The notes under the pieces: generated by a model
Databases searched by the model: none
Seen by the model: the letters and a program-made list of their open reading frames with translations, nothing else
What the model was told of the DNA's origin: nothing
Part shown: piece after piece, positions 9,287 to 19,775 of the stretch
Layout: each line of letters begins with the position of its first letter
Numbering within the stretch: position 1 is the first letter of the stretch
Program-made: the position numbers and the translations under genes
From: Parachlamydiales bacterium
GTDB taxonomy: Bacteria; Chlamydiota; Chlamydiia; Chlamydiales; SM23-39
NCBI GenBank assembly: GCA_050302075.1
Contig: JBNLAH010000002.1
Span: 160,001 to 224,000, forward strand
DNA: 64,000 bases
Direction: 5' to 3'

Positions 9287-9778
9287 TTGAATTTTCTTCA
9301 CTTAGGTGGTCATTTAGGCTCAGATCCAGAAATTAGATATACTTCGAACGGTAAAAAAGTAACTGTTCTTCGGTTAGCTACAAAAACTAGAAAAGGAAAC
9401 ACTGATGATACAATGTGGTGGCGTGTAACTATCTGGGGAGATCAGTACGATAATATGGTTCCATATTTGAAAAAAGGAAGTCCTCTTTTAGTTTTTGGAG
9501 AGATGAGTAAGCCTGAAATATACACAGATAAAAATGGTCAACCTCAGATCTCATTAGGAATTACGGCATCTAGTATTTCTTTTAGCCCATTTGGAAGAGG
9601 AGAGAAAGGACCGAGTCAACAACAAGAGCCTATGCAATCAATGCAGGGAAATAACAAACCTACAAGCAATTCCAATAAAATGGAAAGTGCATTTGATGCT
9701 GCAAACAGCTCATATGAAAATAATTTTTCTTCTAGTAATTTTAACCAAGATTTTAATGATGACGAAGTGCCATTTTAA
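9287..9778 (+). CDS. ssb: single-stranded DNA-binding protein
   Basis: GHLGSDPEIRYT, acidic tail DDEVPF; TTG start after GGAGG. Confidence 0.96.
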   Translation: MNFLHLGGHLGSDPEIRYTSNGKKVTVLRLATKTRKGNTDDTMWWRVTIWGDQYDNMVPYLKKGSPLLVFGEMSKPEIYTDKNGQPQISLGITASSISFSPFGRGEKGPSQQQEPMQSMQGNNKPTSNSNKMESAFDAANSSYENNFSSSNFNQDFNDDEVPF

Positions 9779-11255
9779 GTTCGAATCACTGTCTAGTTTA
9801 GACAAAAGGAAAGCAAAAGATGCTATTGTTTTGCCATTTTGGAATGACAAGTCAAAAGCTATAGCTGCATTTAGAGATGAAAAAAATGTTCGCAATTACT
9901 TTGATATAGATTCTGTTTCAGAAGACTTCAAAGGTAGAAAAAATGAAGTATTTGTCTTATATCCTGAAAAAGGGATTGAAAAGCGCGTAGTTCTATTAGG
10001 CTTAGGCGATGAAAAAAAAGTTAATACATATAGTATTAGAGAGTCTTTTCATCACTTAGTAAGTGCATGTAAGAAAAAACAAATATCTTCTATTAATATA
10101 GCTTTTCCAGATATTGCAGGTACAGATGAGGATGTGCTTTTGACTGCAATCTGTGAAACTATAGTCTTGAGTAGTTATGAATTTTTAGATTTAAAATTTG
10201 ATTCTATTAAAGAAAAAAAGCCTTCAGTGCTCTCTTCTGCTTGCATTATAGGAGTTGAAAAAGATAAAGAATCAATATTTGAGAAGGTTTTACTAATTTC
10301 GAAAGGAGTTTATCTTACAAGAGATTTAATAAATCGAAATGCAGATGATATTATTCCATCAAAATTAGCTGAAGTTGCTAAATCAATGGAAGAATTATCT
10401 CCAAAAGTTTCAACAACTATATTAGATAAAAAGCAGATCGAAAAGGAACAGCTAAATCTCCTTTTAGCTGTTAGCAGGGGATCTAGCGTCGAGCCTAAGT
10501 TCATTGTAATTTCTTATAAAGGAGACCCTTCATCCAAAGACCAGATAGCACTAGTTGGAAAAGGAATTACTTATGATTCTGGTGGTTTAAGCTTGAAGCC
10601 GACTAATGCAATGTTAGATATGAAGTCAGATATGGGAGGATCTGCAACTGTTTTAGGTGCTTTGTATTCCTTAATTCTGCTTAAGGCAAAAGTAAATGTG
10701 AGTGTAGTAATACCAACTTGTGAAAATTCAATCGGATCTAAAAGTTATAAGTTAGGTGATGTTTATCAAAGCTATTCTAAGAAGATGGTTGAGATCACCA
10801 ATACTGATGCGGAAGGCAGACTGGTTCTTGCAGATGCGCTGTCTTACACAGTAAAAAATCTAAAGCCCAAATCAATTATTAACCTTGCCACTTTAACTGG
10901 TGGAGTTGTGGTTGCATTGGGAGATGAAATTGCTGGTTACTTTTCTAATAACGATGATGTTTCAAAGAAAATTGACGAAGCAGCTAGAGAAACCGATGAA
11001 CTTCTCTGGAAGCTTCCTCTGCATTTATCTTATAATGAAATGCTCAAATCTAAAATAGCAGATATAAAAAATTCTGCTGGCAGAGAAGCCAGTTCGATTC
11101 AAGGTGCGCTATTTTTACATTATTTTGTTGAAGATACACCATGGGCTCATATTGATATTGCTGGAGTTGCATTTTGGGATAAGTCAAGAGGCTATAGCCC
11201 AATGTTTTCTACTGGTTATGGTGTTAGAATGTTAGTAAACATGTTGACCAAATAA
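9756..11255 (+). CDS. pepA: leucyl aminopeptidase (M17)
   Basis: GKGITYDSGG, MKSDMGG, NTDAEGRL, HIDIAG; start trimmed to ATG 9756/9759 because the longer ORF overlaps ssb. Confidence 0.95.
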   Translation: MMTKCHFKFESLSSLDKRKAKDAIVLPFWNDKSKAIAAFRDEKNVRNYFDIDSVSEDFKGRKNEVFVLYPEKGIEKRVVLLGLGDEKKVNTYSIRESFHHLVSACKKKQISSINIAFPDIAGTDEDVLLTAICETIVLSSYEFLDLKFDSIKEKKPSVLSSACIIGVEKDKESIFEKVLLISKGVYLTRDLINRNADDIIPSKLAEVAKSMEELSPKVSTTILDKKQIEKEQLNLLLAVSRGSSVEPKFIVISYKGDPSSKDQIALVGKGITYDSGGLSLKPTNAMLDMKSDMGGSATVLGALYSLILLKAKVNVSVVIPTCENSIGSKSYKLGDVYQSYSKKMVEITNTDAEGRLVLADALSYTVKNLKPKSIINLATLTGGVVVALGDEIAGYFSNNDDVSKKIDEAARETDELLWKLPLHLSYNEMLKSKIADIKNSAGREASSIQGALFLHYFVEDTPWAHIDIAGVAFWDKSRGYSPMFSTGYGVRMLVNMLTK

Positions 11256-12088
11256 TGAATTTCTCAGACCTTGTTGAAAACTCTTTTAGCGGACATTCTT
11301 TGTTGCGGTTTTTAAAAGAGCACTTGCCTTCTTATTCGAATAAAAAGCTTAAAGCTTTACTTGAATCAGGCTGTGTGAAAATAAACGGTATAATAGAAAG
11401 ATTTGGCTCTAAAAGAGTTTTCAGAGGTGATTTTGTTCAATTTTTAGCTAAAGAAATCCAAAATTCTTCAAAGCTAAGTATCTTACATGAAGATGAAAAT
11501 TTTTTTGCAATAAACAAACCGGCTAATTTTGAATCAAGCCAATTTAATCTAGATAAAATATTTACTGATTCTTATCTAGTACATAGGCTTGATAAAAATA
11601 CTACGGGAGTGCTTTTAATTGCTAAAAATAAGAGCTTCCAAAAGCAACTAGAGAATTTATTCAGAGTAAAAGATATTAAAAAAAAATATATAGCACTAGT
11701 TGATGGGGTTTTAACAAAAGATCACGGTGTTATTAAATCTCATTTAATTCGAAAAAAGGTATACCAGGGCCAAACAATCTGGGCCTCTTCAAATAATAAC
11801 AGCGGTCTTTATGCAGAGACTCACTTTAAGAGATTAAAGATATTTGAGGGGTTTTCTTTAGTAGAGCTTTCTTTGCCTACAGGAAGAACACATCAGTTAA
11901 GAGTGCATTTAAAGGAGTTGGGTCACCCCATTTTGGGAGATTTTCAGTATTGTAGAAAATTCTCTACAAGTAGGGAAGTTTCTAGCTTATGCCTTCATTC
12001 TAAAGAGATATCTTTTAAACACCCAATTACTGATGAGGTTTTGACAATTAATGCTCCAGCACCAGATGAATTTTCTTTTATAAAATGA
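11255..12088 (+). CDS. RluA-family pseudouridine synthase
   Basis: S4-like N-terminus, HRLD, TGRTHQLRVH, GHPILGD. Confidence 0.94.
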   Translation: MNFSDLVENSFSGHSLLRFLKEHLPSYSNKKLKALLESGCVKINGIIERFGSKRVFRGDFVQFLAKEIQNSSKLSILHEDENFFAINKPANFESSQFNLDKIFTDSYLVHRLDKNTTGVLLIAKNKSFQKQLENLFRVKDIKKKYIALVDGVLTKDHGVIKSHLIRKKVYQGQTIWASSNNNSGLYAETHFKRLKIFEGFSLVELSLPTGRTHQLRVHLKELGHPILGDFQYCRKFSTSREVSSLCLHSKEISFKHPITDEVLTINAPAPDEFSFIK

Positions 12089-13119
12089 TAAATAGAATCC
12101 TGGTAGTTAAAACTTCTTCTTTAGGTGATATAATACAATCTTTACCTGTAGCAAGTGAGCTTAAAGCTCATTTTCCAAATGTAGAAATAGATTGGGTTGT
12201 AGAAGAGGCTTACCAAGATCTACTTTCTTTTCACCCGCTTATCGATTCTGTAATAACATTTAATAGGCATAAATTAATTAAGTTTATTAGGAAACTACGA
12301 AGAAAAAAGTATGATTCCTTAATTGACATACAAGGTAATACCAAGTCAGCATTGATAACTTTTTTTGCGAAAGCTAGAGAAAAAATTGGTTTTGGTAGGA
12401 AGTCAGTGACTGAATTTCCAAATCTATTAGTTACTACACATAAATACAACGTTCCGAAAGATATTAATATTCAAAGTTATTACCTAGAGTTGGTAAAGGA
12501 ACACTTTAATATTCAAAGCTTTTCAGCCAAAGGCCCTTTGAATTTAAAGATCAATCTAAATGATTTGCCAAAAGAACTTGATCTAAATCATCATAGGTTA
12601 AAAGTTATGGTTGCAGTGAACTCAGCCAGAAAAAATAAAGAACTAGACGATTCTACGCTTATCGCCTTTTTGCAAAAATTTAGCAGCCAATATTTAATAC
12701 ATTTATACTTTATATACGGTAGTGATCAAGAGAAAGAAAAATGTAATTATTTAAAAAGTCAGATAGGTGCACATTGTGACGTTTTAAGTAAAATGTCAAT
12801 TCCTGTTTTGCAAAACGTCATGGATAAAATGGATTTGATTTTTACTATAGACACTGCAGCCCTACACCTTGGAGGCACAACAAGTACTGTCACTTTTAGT
12901 GTCTTTGGACCAACGGATAGTAAAGTATTTGTGCCTCTTGGAAAACATTTCTCGTTTCAAGGTGTGTGTCCTTATAAAGTAAAGTATGTAAAACAATGTC
13001 CTCATCTTAGAAATTGCTCAACTAGTTCCTGCATAAAAAAAATAGCACTTGAAAAGCTTTGGTCTGAATTTCAACCGTGTTTATTAGAAATAAAAGCCAA
13101 GAATTTTCGAAATTATTAA
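12085..13119 (+). CDS. glycosyltransferase family 9 (heptosyltransferase-like)
   Basis: KTSSLGDII, DWVVEE, DIQGNTKSA, DTAALHL, VFGPT. Confidence 0.88.
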   Translation: MINRILVVKTSSLGDIIQSLPVASELKAHFPNVEIDWVVEEAYQDLLSFHPLIDSVITFNRHKLIKFIRKLRRKKYDSLIDIQGNTKSALITFFAKAREKIGFGRKSVTEFPNLLVTTHKYNVPKDINIQSYYLELVKEHFNIQSFSAKGPLNLKINLNDLPKELDLNHHRLKVMVAVNSARKNKELDDSTLIAFLQKFSSQYLIHLYFIYGSDQEKEKCNYLKSQIGAHCDVLSKMSIPVLQNVMDKMDLIFTIDTAALHLGGTTSTVTFSVFGPTDSKVFVPLGKHFSFQGVCPYKVKYVKQCPHLRNCSTSSCIKKIALEKLWSEFQPCLLEIKAKNFRNY

Positions 13120-13212
13120 AAAGACTTGTTAAAAAAAATAAATAACAATACACGTAAATAATAGTAAAAGAGGTAATAACTTACCTAATTTATTGATAAC
13201 AGGGAGTAGAGG

Positions 13213-13440
13213 ATGAAGAAAATTGTATATTACATTATGGCAGGACTTTTTGTGCTAAGCATTACTTCTTGCCACAATCAAAGAATGGAAATAAAAAAGA
13301 AGCCAAGAGTTACCAAAAGAAAAGAAATTAAGTACTATAGAGATACACCTGAGTATAAAAGGCAAGAAGAGGCATATAAAAGATGTAAAGATCCTTCTAA
13401 GTGCCCAGATAAATTCGAGCGAAATGAAAGGAAATGGTAA
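13213..13440 (+). CDS. small basic lipoprotein
   Basis: GGGAG RBS, signal peptide ending LSITSC. Confidence 0.65.
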   Translation: MKKIVYYIMAGLFVLSITSCHNQRMEIKKKPRVTKRKEIKYYRDTPEYKRQEEAYKRCKDPSKCPDKFERNERKW

Positions 13441-13450
13441 AAACTTTATT

Positions 13451-13897
13451 CTAAGCGCCTGCCAGCTGGGCGCTGATTTTTTCAAGATGTTTGATAGTAT
13501 CTAATGTATCTGGGTAAATATTCGTAAGTTGAAGGGCTTCTTCAAACGTAAACCATTTAAACGGGTGCAATGGAGGCTTATTTTCTTTTACATGTGCAAG
13601 ATAAATAAAATCTACATGTTGATGTGGATTTGGTTGTTTAATATCTTCTAATAAGCACATATATGGCCTTTCCAAACTATTTGCAAACTCAGAATTGATC
13701 CAAATTTGTTCCTGGGATATGAAATTGATCTTTAGCCCGGTCTCTTCCATAACTTCTCGCTTAGCTGCCATGGGAGGTGTTTCATCAGCTTCTAGATGTC
13801 CTCCCGGAGGGAGCCATTTGCCGTGTTTTTTGTGAGGGTGCAAAAGAACCTGGTTGTCTTTTATGATGTAAACTGTAGCTGTGAATTCACGTCTCAT
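13451..13897 (-). CDS. NUDIX hydrolase
   Basis: Nudix box GGHLEADETPPMAAKREVMEETG. Confidence 0.92.
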   Translation of the reverse strand: MRREFTATVYIIKDNQVLLHPHKKHGKWLPPGGHLEADETPPMAAKREVMEETGLKINFISQEQIWINSEFANSLERPYMCLLEDIKQPNPHQHVDFIYLAHVKENKPPLHPFKWFTFEEALQLTNIYPDTLDTIKHLEKISAQLAGA

Positions 13898-13942
13898 TAA
13901 TTAACCTATGTAAAAACTACAGGAAAATTTTTAATAAAAAAA

Positions 13943-14035
13943 CCGGAGATATACACCTGACATATACTTTACTTTTAAGGCTGCTATCTTCCGATCCTGA
14001 CCTAGTTCAAGCGGTATATTCCAGATGGTCCCCGG
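13943..14035 (-). ncRNA. ffs: signal recognition particle RNA (4.5S)
   Basis: Minus strand CCGGGGAC...GGTCAGGATCGGAAGATAGCAGCC...CTCCGG; SRP helix-8 motif with GGAA tetraloop and complementary ends. Confidence 0.92.
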
Positions 14036-14079
14036 CAATTAAGCTTATTGTAGCAAAAACAAGAAATTTTTGTTAATCT

Positions 14080-15282
14080 TTAAAAAAAATTTATTTCATT
14101 TCTATTATCAACTACATTTTTGTTCTTATATGGAACTGCAGATAAGTTCATTAAATAAGTTTCTGGGAAGAACTTAGATAGAATCTGCACTGCATTTTCT
14201 CCATTTTGAGCAAGAGATGTGGCGGAAAAAAGGCACAATCCAACTCCATGTCCTATCCCATACCCAGTGAAAGTCAGAACATCTCCATTGTCCACAACAT
14301 TAAATTCTGAGCTTTTTATCCTATTTTCACCTAGAAGCTTCTGAAACTCAATAAAGTTATAATCATGGATTCTACTGCCTTCAGTTACTCTGGCCCCACA
14401 AGCCTTGTTTGATTCTTTGTCAATAAATAGTTCGATTTTGTCAGCACTAGATATGTTTAACAACTCTGCAAGCTGGTTTTTTGCAATGGTAGTCTTCCAT
14501 TTTGTTTCCTCTTTGTCAAGCTCTGCATGAGGAACTTTGACACATCTATCAGGTGCATTGCCATCTTTTCTAAAAATTGATCTATATGAGGCACTTTTAC
14601 CAGCGCTATGTTCTGTCCAACAGGCTGCAAAAGGAACATTCTGCCCTTGATGTGGGTGAATCAAGATAAGGTTTTTTGTAGAGTCAATGCTCTTAGATAA
14701 GACTGATGTAGGATCGATTAATGCAGCTCCATTATAGCCAAAGTTTTTAGCTTCAACATCCCAAAATGATCCATGGCCTTTTGAGATATGATAATAGGCA
14801 TTTGTTCTTGCTATAATTGCAATGGAAGCCATCACTTCACTTTCTAATGGAAATGGGAACAAGGGTGATAAAATTGATTTAATATACTGTTCAACACTGA
14901 TGTCATTTACTATAGATATTTTGTTATCTACCTGGAACACGGCTATGGAACCTTCATACTGAATTCCATTTACCAAGATTGTTGATTTAGGGGATCTGGC
15001 TGTGATATAAATTTGGTGGATACCAGGAAACATTTCTCCCCACTTGATTCCATCTTTTTGTGCGTGCACTAAAAATCTTTTACCTAAAAGTCCTGAGCTA
15101 ACTCTAGCTCCGTCTTCAGGATTAAATACATAGTATGGGCCATTTACTTCTAAAATAGCTCCTGTTATGTCTTTTTCAATCAATACCTGGATGTTTTCAG
15201 GCTTTCTGACCTCGACCTTCCTACCTTCGATAGCAAAGACAGATAGGTTAATCAGAAGAGCTAAAATCCATATTCTTTTCAT
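14080..15282 (-). CDS. SpoIID/LytB-domain protein (chlamydial type)
   Basis: Signal peptide from ATG 15282; NDISVEQYIKS, AIIART, GYGIGHGVGLC, ILSKFFP. Confidence 0.85.
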   Translation of the reverse strand: MKRIWILALLINLSVFAIEGRKVEVRKPENIQVLIEKDITGAILEVNGPYYVFNPEDGARVSSGLLGKRFLVHAQKDGIKWGEMFPGIHQIYITARSPKSTILVNGIQYEGSIAVFQVDNKISIVNDISVEQYIKSILSPLFPFPLESEVMASIAIIARTNAYYHISKGHGSFWDVEAKNFGYNGAALIDPTSVLSKSIDSTKNLILIHPHQGQNVPFAACWTEHSAGKSASYRSIFRKDGNAPDRCVKVPHAELDKEETKWKTTIAKNQLAELLNISSADKIELFIDKESNKACGARVTEGSRIHDYNFIEFQKLLGENRIKSSEFNVVDNGDVLTFTGYGIGHGVGLCLFSATSLAQNGENAVQILSKFFPETYLMNLSAVPYKNKNVVDNRNEINFF

Positions 15283-16300
15283 TTTGTTCTCCGCTTTTGA
15301 ATTTTTTGGGGATCGCAACACCCAAATGTTCATATCCTAATTTTGTAACTTCTCTCCCTCTAGGGGTTCTCTTTAATAATCCTTGAAGAATGAGATAAGG
15401 CTCATAGACCTCAGAAACTGTTGATGGCTCTTCGCCAATTGCAATCGCAATAGTTTGAATGCCAACAGGGCCGCCATCGAAATTTTTACAGATAGTATTA
15501 AGAATCTTAAGATCCATTTCATCTAGACCTAAGCTATCAATTGATAACATCTTTAAGGCATTTTTTGCCGTTATCAAGTCAATTTCTTCTTGGTTGTGGA
15601 TTTGGGCATAATCTCTGACCCATTTAAGCAAATTATTTGCTATTCTGGGGGTTCCTCTAGCCCTTTTGGCAACCTCTAAGCTCGCATCATCTGCTATTCT
15701 CAAATTCATTAGAGTCGAAGATCGAGTGACTATTTTTTTTAAAATGTTTGATGAGTAGAAGTCTAGTCGAAAAGAAGATGAGAATCTAGATCTTAATGGG
15801 GCGCTTAGTAATCCTGATTTTGTTGTAGCTCCAACTAAAGTAAAAGGCTGAAGCTTTACTTGAACACTTCTAGCATTTGGTCCAGTATCAATTAGCAAGT
15901 CTAATGTAAAGTCTTCAATCGCAGAGTATAAATACTCTTCTGTTGACTTTGGAATTCGGTGGATTTCATCAATAAAAAAGACATCTCCCTTTTTTAGATT
16001 AGTCAATATTCCAGCCAAATCCCCAGGTTTTTCAAGTACAGGTCCAGATGAACAAATTATGTTAGTTCCCATTGACTTTGAAATTATATGAGACAAAGTA
16101 GTTTTCCCAAGTCCCGGTGGGCCTGAGAACAAAATATGGCCTAAAGCTTCTTCTCTTTGTTTAGCTGCATAAATCAAAACTTTTAAACGTTCTTTCAACG
16201 ATTCTTGACCAATGAAGCTATCTATCGAAGAAGGCCTGAGAGGTAACTCAAACGGCTCATCACTTTCTTTAATTGATGATTCAATGTAACTTTCTGTCAT
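15248..16300 (-). CDS. ruvB: Holliday junction branch migration helicase
   Basis: LRP, GPPGLGKTT, FIDEIHR, GATT, RGTPRIAN, RTPRGR. Confidence 0.98.
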   Translation of the reverse strand: MTESYIESSIKESDEPFELPLRPSSIDSFIGQESLKERLKVLIYAAKQREEALGHILFSGPPGLGKTTLSHIISKSMGTNIICSSGPVLEKPGDLAGILTNLKKGDVFFIDEIHRIPKSTEEYLYSAIEDFTLDLLIDTGPNARSVQVKLQPFTLVGATTKSGLLSAPLRSRFSSSFRLDFYSSNILKKIVTRSSTLMNLRIADDASLEVAKRARGTPRIANNLLKWVRDYAQIHNQEEIDLITAKNALKMLSIDSLGLDEMDLKILNTICKNFDGGPVGIQTIAIAIGEEPSTVSEVYEPYLILQGLLKRTPRGREVTKLGYEHLGVAIPKKFKSGEQNEKNMDFSSSD

Positions 16301-16390
16301 TTTTTATCCACTGACTAATTAAAAATTCTAGCAAGAAACTAATTCAAACGCTATACCTAATTCGTAAAATAATAAAAAGGAATCAATATT

Positions 16391-16957
16391 ATGGCCCTAA
16401 AATCAGATAGCTGGATACGCAAAATGGCATTAGAACACAAAATGATAGCCCCGTTTGTTGAAAGACAAGTTAAGACATCAAGTGATTCGAAAATTATAAG
16501 TTATGGGACTTCGAGCTATGGGTATGATTTAAGAGTAGATAGAAAATTTAAAATTTTTACCAACGTCAATAATTCAATTGTCGATCCTAAAAATTTCTCT
16601 CCTGATGCTTTTGTCACAACAGAAGGAGAAAAGTGTGTAATTCCACCCAATTCATTTGCGCTTGCAAAAAGTGTTGAGTATTTTAAAATTCCAAGGAATG
16701 TGCTAACCTTGTGTATCGGTAAATCGACTTACGCAAGATGTGGAATTATTGTGAATGTGACACCATTTGAGCCAGAATGGGAAGGGTATGTAACTTTGGA
16801 AATTTCTAATACAACACCTTTACCTGCAATTATTTATGCTGGAGAAGGACTTGCTCAAGTGCTCTTTTTTGAAGCCGATGAAGTATGTGAAGTGTCATAC
16901 TCAGACAGAAACGGAAAGTATATGAATCAAATGGAGATTACATATCCTTGTTTGTAA
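16391..16957 (+). CDS. dcd: dCTP deaminase
   Basis: [24 protein letters not shown]. Confidence 0.97.
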   Translation: MALKSDSWIRKMALEHKMIAPFVERQVKTSSDSKIISYGTSSYGYDLRVDRKFKIFTNVNNSIVDPKNFSPDAFVTTEGEKCVIPPNSFALAKSVEYFKIPRNVLTLCIGKSTYARCGIIVNVTPFEPEWEGYVTLEISNTTPLPAIIYAGEGLAQVLFFEADEVCEVSYSDRNGKYMNQMEITYPCL

Positions 16958-17013
16958 TTATTGAAAATAAATGGATAATTATAGATATAAAAGATTAGGG
17001 AAGGGTAGCAATC

Positions 17014-17322
17014 ATGGATGAAAATACCAAAAAGTATTTTTGGGAAGTTTTCGTAGTTAAATCTTGGTGGGTTTACTTATTTTGTATTTCCAGCTTTCTA
17101 CTGTTCAACCACTTCTCTAATAAAAAGAAGGAAGAAATTTTCAATCTCGAAAGCAGGCGCTTTTTTTTAGAATCTCAGAGAGATCTTGCACTGTCTAAAA
17201 GAGAAGAATTGCAAGTTAAAATATGTTCTCAAAGTGACCCTTCGTGGATTGAGGTTGTACTCATGAAGCAGTTAGGGCTTGTCCCTGATGGTTATATGAA
17301 AATCCACTTTAAAAAAGAATAA
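17014..17322 (+). CDS. small membrane coiled-coil protein, FtsB/DivIC-like
   Basis: One TM, coiled coil, DPSWIE...LGLVPDG. Confidence 0.65.
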   Translation: MDENTKKYFWEVFVVKSWWVYLFCISSFLLFNHFSNKKKEEIFNLESRRFFLESQRDLALSKREELQVKICSQSDPSWIEVVLMKQLGLVPDGYMKIHFKKE

Positions 17323-18564
17323 ATGACCCTTTCCATCTTAATATTTTCATTAGTGATTTTAATCTTATTTAGTGCCTTTCTATCAGGAACAGAGACAGCT
17401 TTTTTTTCGCTGTCTCCATTTACGATACGTTCTTTTAAATCCTCCAAAAGCTATAAAAAAAGACTTATTGCAAAAATCTTAGAAAATCCGAGAAAGCTGC
17501 TTGTAACATTGTTGATGTTAAACGTATTAGCGAATATCTTAGTTCAAAATACTGTTTCTTCAATTTTTGGAGAGCTTTCAGGCTGGCTTTTAAAAGTAGG
17601 CGTTCCTTTGATCTTAACTTTATTGTTTGGAGAGGTAATTCCAAAATCATTAGCTCTTACTAGCAATATTAAAGTTTCTAATTGGGTGGCAAAACCTGTT
17701 CATTTTTTAGAAAAGGTGACAGGTCCTTTTAGAAATTTTTTAGTAAAGCTTTGCAATTACATTTCAAGGATCACTTTCTTTTTTTTAAAAAAAGAAGAAA
17801 AAATATCCCCACAGGAGCTCGAGCTTATCTTAAAAACCTCAAGAGCTAAAGGAGTTTTGCAGTCTGATGAAACATTTTTAGCTGAAGGTTATTTAGATCT
17901 TCAATCAGCGCTTGTCAAGGAGTTGATGAGGCCTAGGGATGAAATATTGTATTTTAATGTAAATGACCAGATAGATCATTTAATTCACCTTTTAAGCGAC
18001 GAACAATGCACAAGGGTGCCAGTATGTGATGGTGATTTAGACCAAGTCATAGGCGTTATCTCAACAAGGAGATTATTTTTCTATCAAGATGGAATCAAAG
18101 ATGTAAGTGATTTGAAAAAAATATTAAGAAAGCCTCTATTTGTTCCTGAATCTATGAATGGGTGGGCATTGCTTCAAATGCTTAGAAAAAAAAATGAGAG
18201 CATAGCAATGGTAGTTGATGAATATGGCTCGATTTGCGGACTTGCTACGCAAGAGGACCTTTTTGAATCAATAGTTGGTGAAATAAGCGATTTAAGAGAT
18301 AAAAAATCTCGATATACCAAATCTAGTGAGGACGTAATTATCGCTTCAGGAAAAATGGAAATCAGCGATTTTGAGGAAGTATTTAATGTTGATCTCAAAA
18401 ATCCGAATAATCTTGTTACTGTTGGTGGTTGGCTAACAGAACAATTAGGAGATATTCCCAAAACAGGGACAAAATATGTCACTGATCTTTTTTTATTTTA
18501 TGTACTGGCAGCTGACCCTAATCGAGTTAGGCGAATTTATATTAGGAAAATCAAAAAAATATGA
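17323..18564 (+). CDS. CNNM(DUF21)-CBS-CorC protein (hemolysin-C family)
   Basis: SGTETAFFS, FGEVIPK, VVDEYG, CorC-like C-terminus. Confidence 0.92.
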   Translation: MTLSILIFSLVILILFSAFLSGTETAFFSLSPFTIRSFKSSKSYKKRLIAKILENPRKLLVTLLMLNVLANILVQNTVSSIFGELSGWLLKVGVPLILTLLFGEVIPKSLALTSNIKVSNWVAKPVHFLEKVTGPFRNFLVKLCNYISRITFFFLKKEEKISPQELELILKTSRAKGVLQSDETFLAEGYLDLQSALVKELMRPRDEILYFNVNDQIDHLIHLLSDEQCTRVPVCDGDLDQVIGVISTRRLFFYQDGIKDVSDLKKILRKPLFVPESMNGWALLQMLRKKNESIAMVVDEYGSICGLATQEDLFESIVGEISDLRDKKSRYTKSSEDVIIASGKMEISDFEEVFNVDLKNPNNLVTVGGWLTEQLGDIPKTGTKYVTDLFLFYVLAADPNRVRRIYIRKIKKI

Positions 18565-19775
18565 GTGACTGGTTATTTTTTCTATTACTTACCTTAATTT
18601 GCATAGTCATCCATGGCTTTTTTTCAATGTTTGAGATGGCAGCTGTTTCATTTAACAAAATACGCATGCATTATTTTGTAAATAAGAACTATAAAAGAGC
18701 TATTTGGCTTAGTCATTTATTGGATAAACCTTCAAGACTTTTTGGAACGACACTAATTGGTGTTAATACCTTTTTACAGATTGGATCAGAGGCATCTAGA
18801 AGGTTTTATGAATCGTTAAACTTGAACCCAGATATTGCACCTATAACTCAGATTATTGTGGTTTTAATATTTGCAGAACTATCTCCTATGTTTGCCGCTA
18901 GAAGGTATTCGGAGCATGTTGCAATGCTTGGTATTCCAATTATTATATTTACAAGCAAAATTCTAACTCCTGCTATTATATTAATTGACTGGATCGCTCA
19001 TATATTCTCAAGGATTTTAGGTCAAAAACGAACGGTCTCTGTCTTTCTTTCCAGAGAAGAGATCCAAAGAGCTTTCGAAGAAATAGAAGTTGGTCCTAAG
19101 GAAGACGTTAACACCGTTGTTGGAAATATCTTTTCATTAAAAAGCAAAGTGGCTGGTGAGGTCATGATCCCACTAGGGATGTCACAATTATCTTCTTCTG
19201 AGTCTACTCTTAAAGAAATAAAGCATGCACTGAGTGTGAAGTATTCACCATTTATTCTTATTTTTCATCATTCTGTTGAAAACATTGTAGGTGTAGCATA
19301 TCCAAGAGATATGCTTAGGGCTAAAGAAGATGAAAAAGTTATTACTTACTCAAAGCCACCTTGGTTTATAACAGACAAGGACTCCGTGCTGACCATTTTA
19401 AATCAATTTAGAAGAAATAGCCAAAGTGTAGCAATTGTGCTTAACTCATCTGGGAAAGGTATTGGATTTGTAACGTTAGAGCTTATAAACGATATTATTT
19501 TTGGCTCTAGCTTAAGGAGTGAAGATGAACCTCTAAAAAAACTCAGTTTTGTTGAAAGAACCTTACCTGGTTCTATGCTCTTGGAGGAGTTCAATGAAAA
19601 ATTTAAAGCTAACCTTTCAATTGATGATGTCGATAGTTTAAGTGACATGATGATCAAAGTCTTAGAACACCCACCAACTAAAGGGGAATCTATTAGATTA
19701 AATGAATATGAATTTACGGTAGTTGAATCAACATTGTTAGGAGTTAAAACAATTTTGGTGAAAAGTCTTTTATAA
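18561..19775 (+). CDS. CNNM(DUF21)-CBS-CorC protein, paralogue
   Basis: FFSMFEMA, TTLIGVN, FAELSP; tandem with preceding gene as in Chlamydia. Confidence 0.9.
   Translation: MSDWLFFLLLTLICIVIHGFFSMFEMAAVSFNKIRMHYFVNKNYKRAIWLSHLLDKPSRLFGTTLIGVNTFLQIGSEASRRFYESLNLNPDIAPITQIIVVLIFAELSPMFAARRYSEHVAMLGIPIIIFTSKILTPAIILIDWIAHIFSRILGQKRTVSVFLSREEIQRAFEEIEVGPKEDVNTVVGNIFSLKSKVAGEVMIPLGMSQLSSSESTLKEIKHALSVKYSPFILIFHHSVENIVGVAYPRDMLRAKEDEKVITYSKPPWFITDKDSVLTILNQFRRNSQSVAIVLNSSGKGIGFVTLELINDIIFGSSLRSEDEPLKKLSFVERTLPGSMLLEEFNEKFKANLSIDDVDSLSDMMIKVLEHPPTKGESIRLNEYEFTVVESTLLGVKTILVKSLL

Noticed and set aside
9591..9755. Long N-terminal extension of pepA (likewise xseA 60226-60360 and spoIID 15283-15333)
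   Set aside because: Overlaps neighbouring genes; downstream ATGs give typical lengths
15248..15282. Possible frameshift extending the ruvB C-terminus into spoIID
   Set aside because: RuvB core is complete and similar short overlaps occur throughout the window
16300..16315. DnaA-box-like TTATCCACT; possible oriC here or near dnaA
   Set aside because: Single imperfect box, no cluster; intergenic gaps around dnaA are too short
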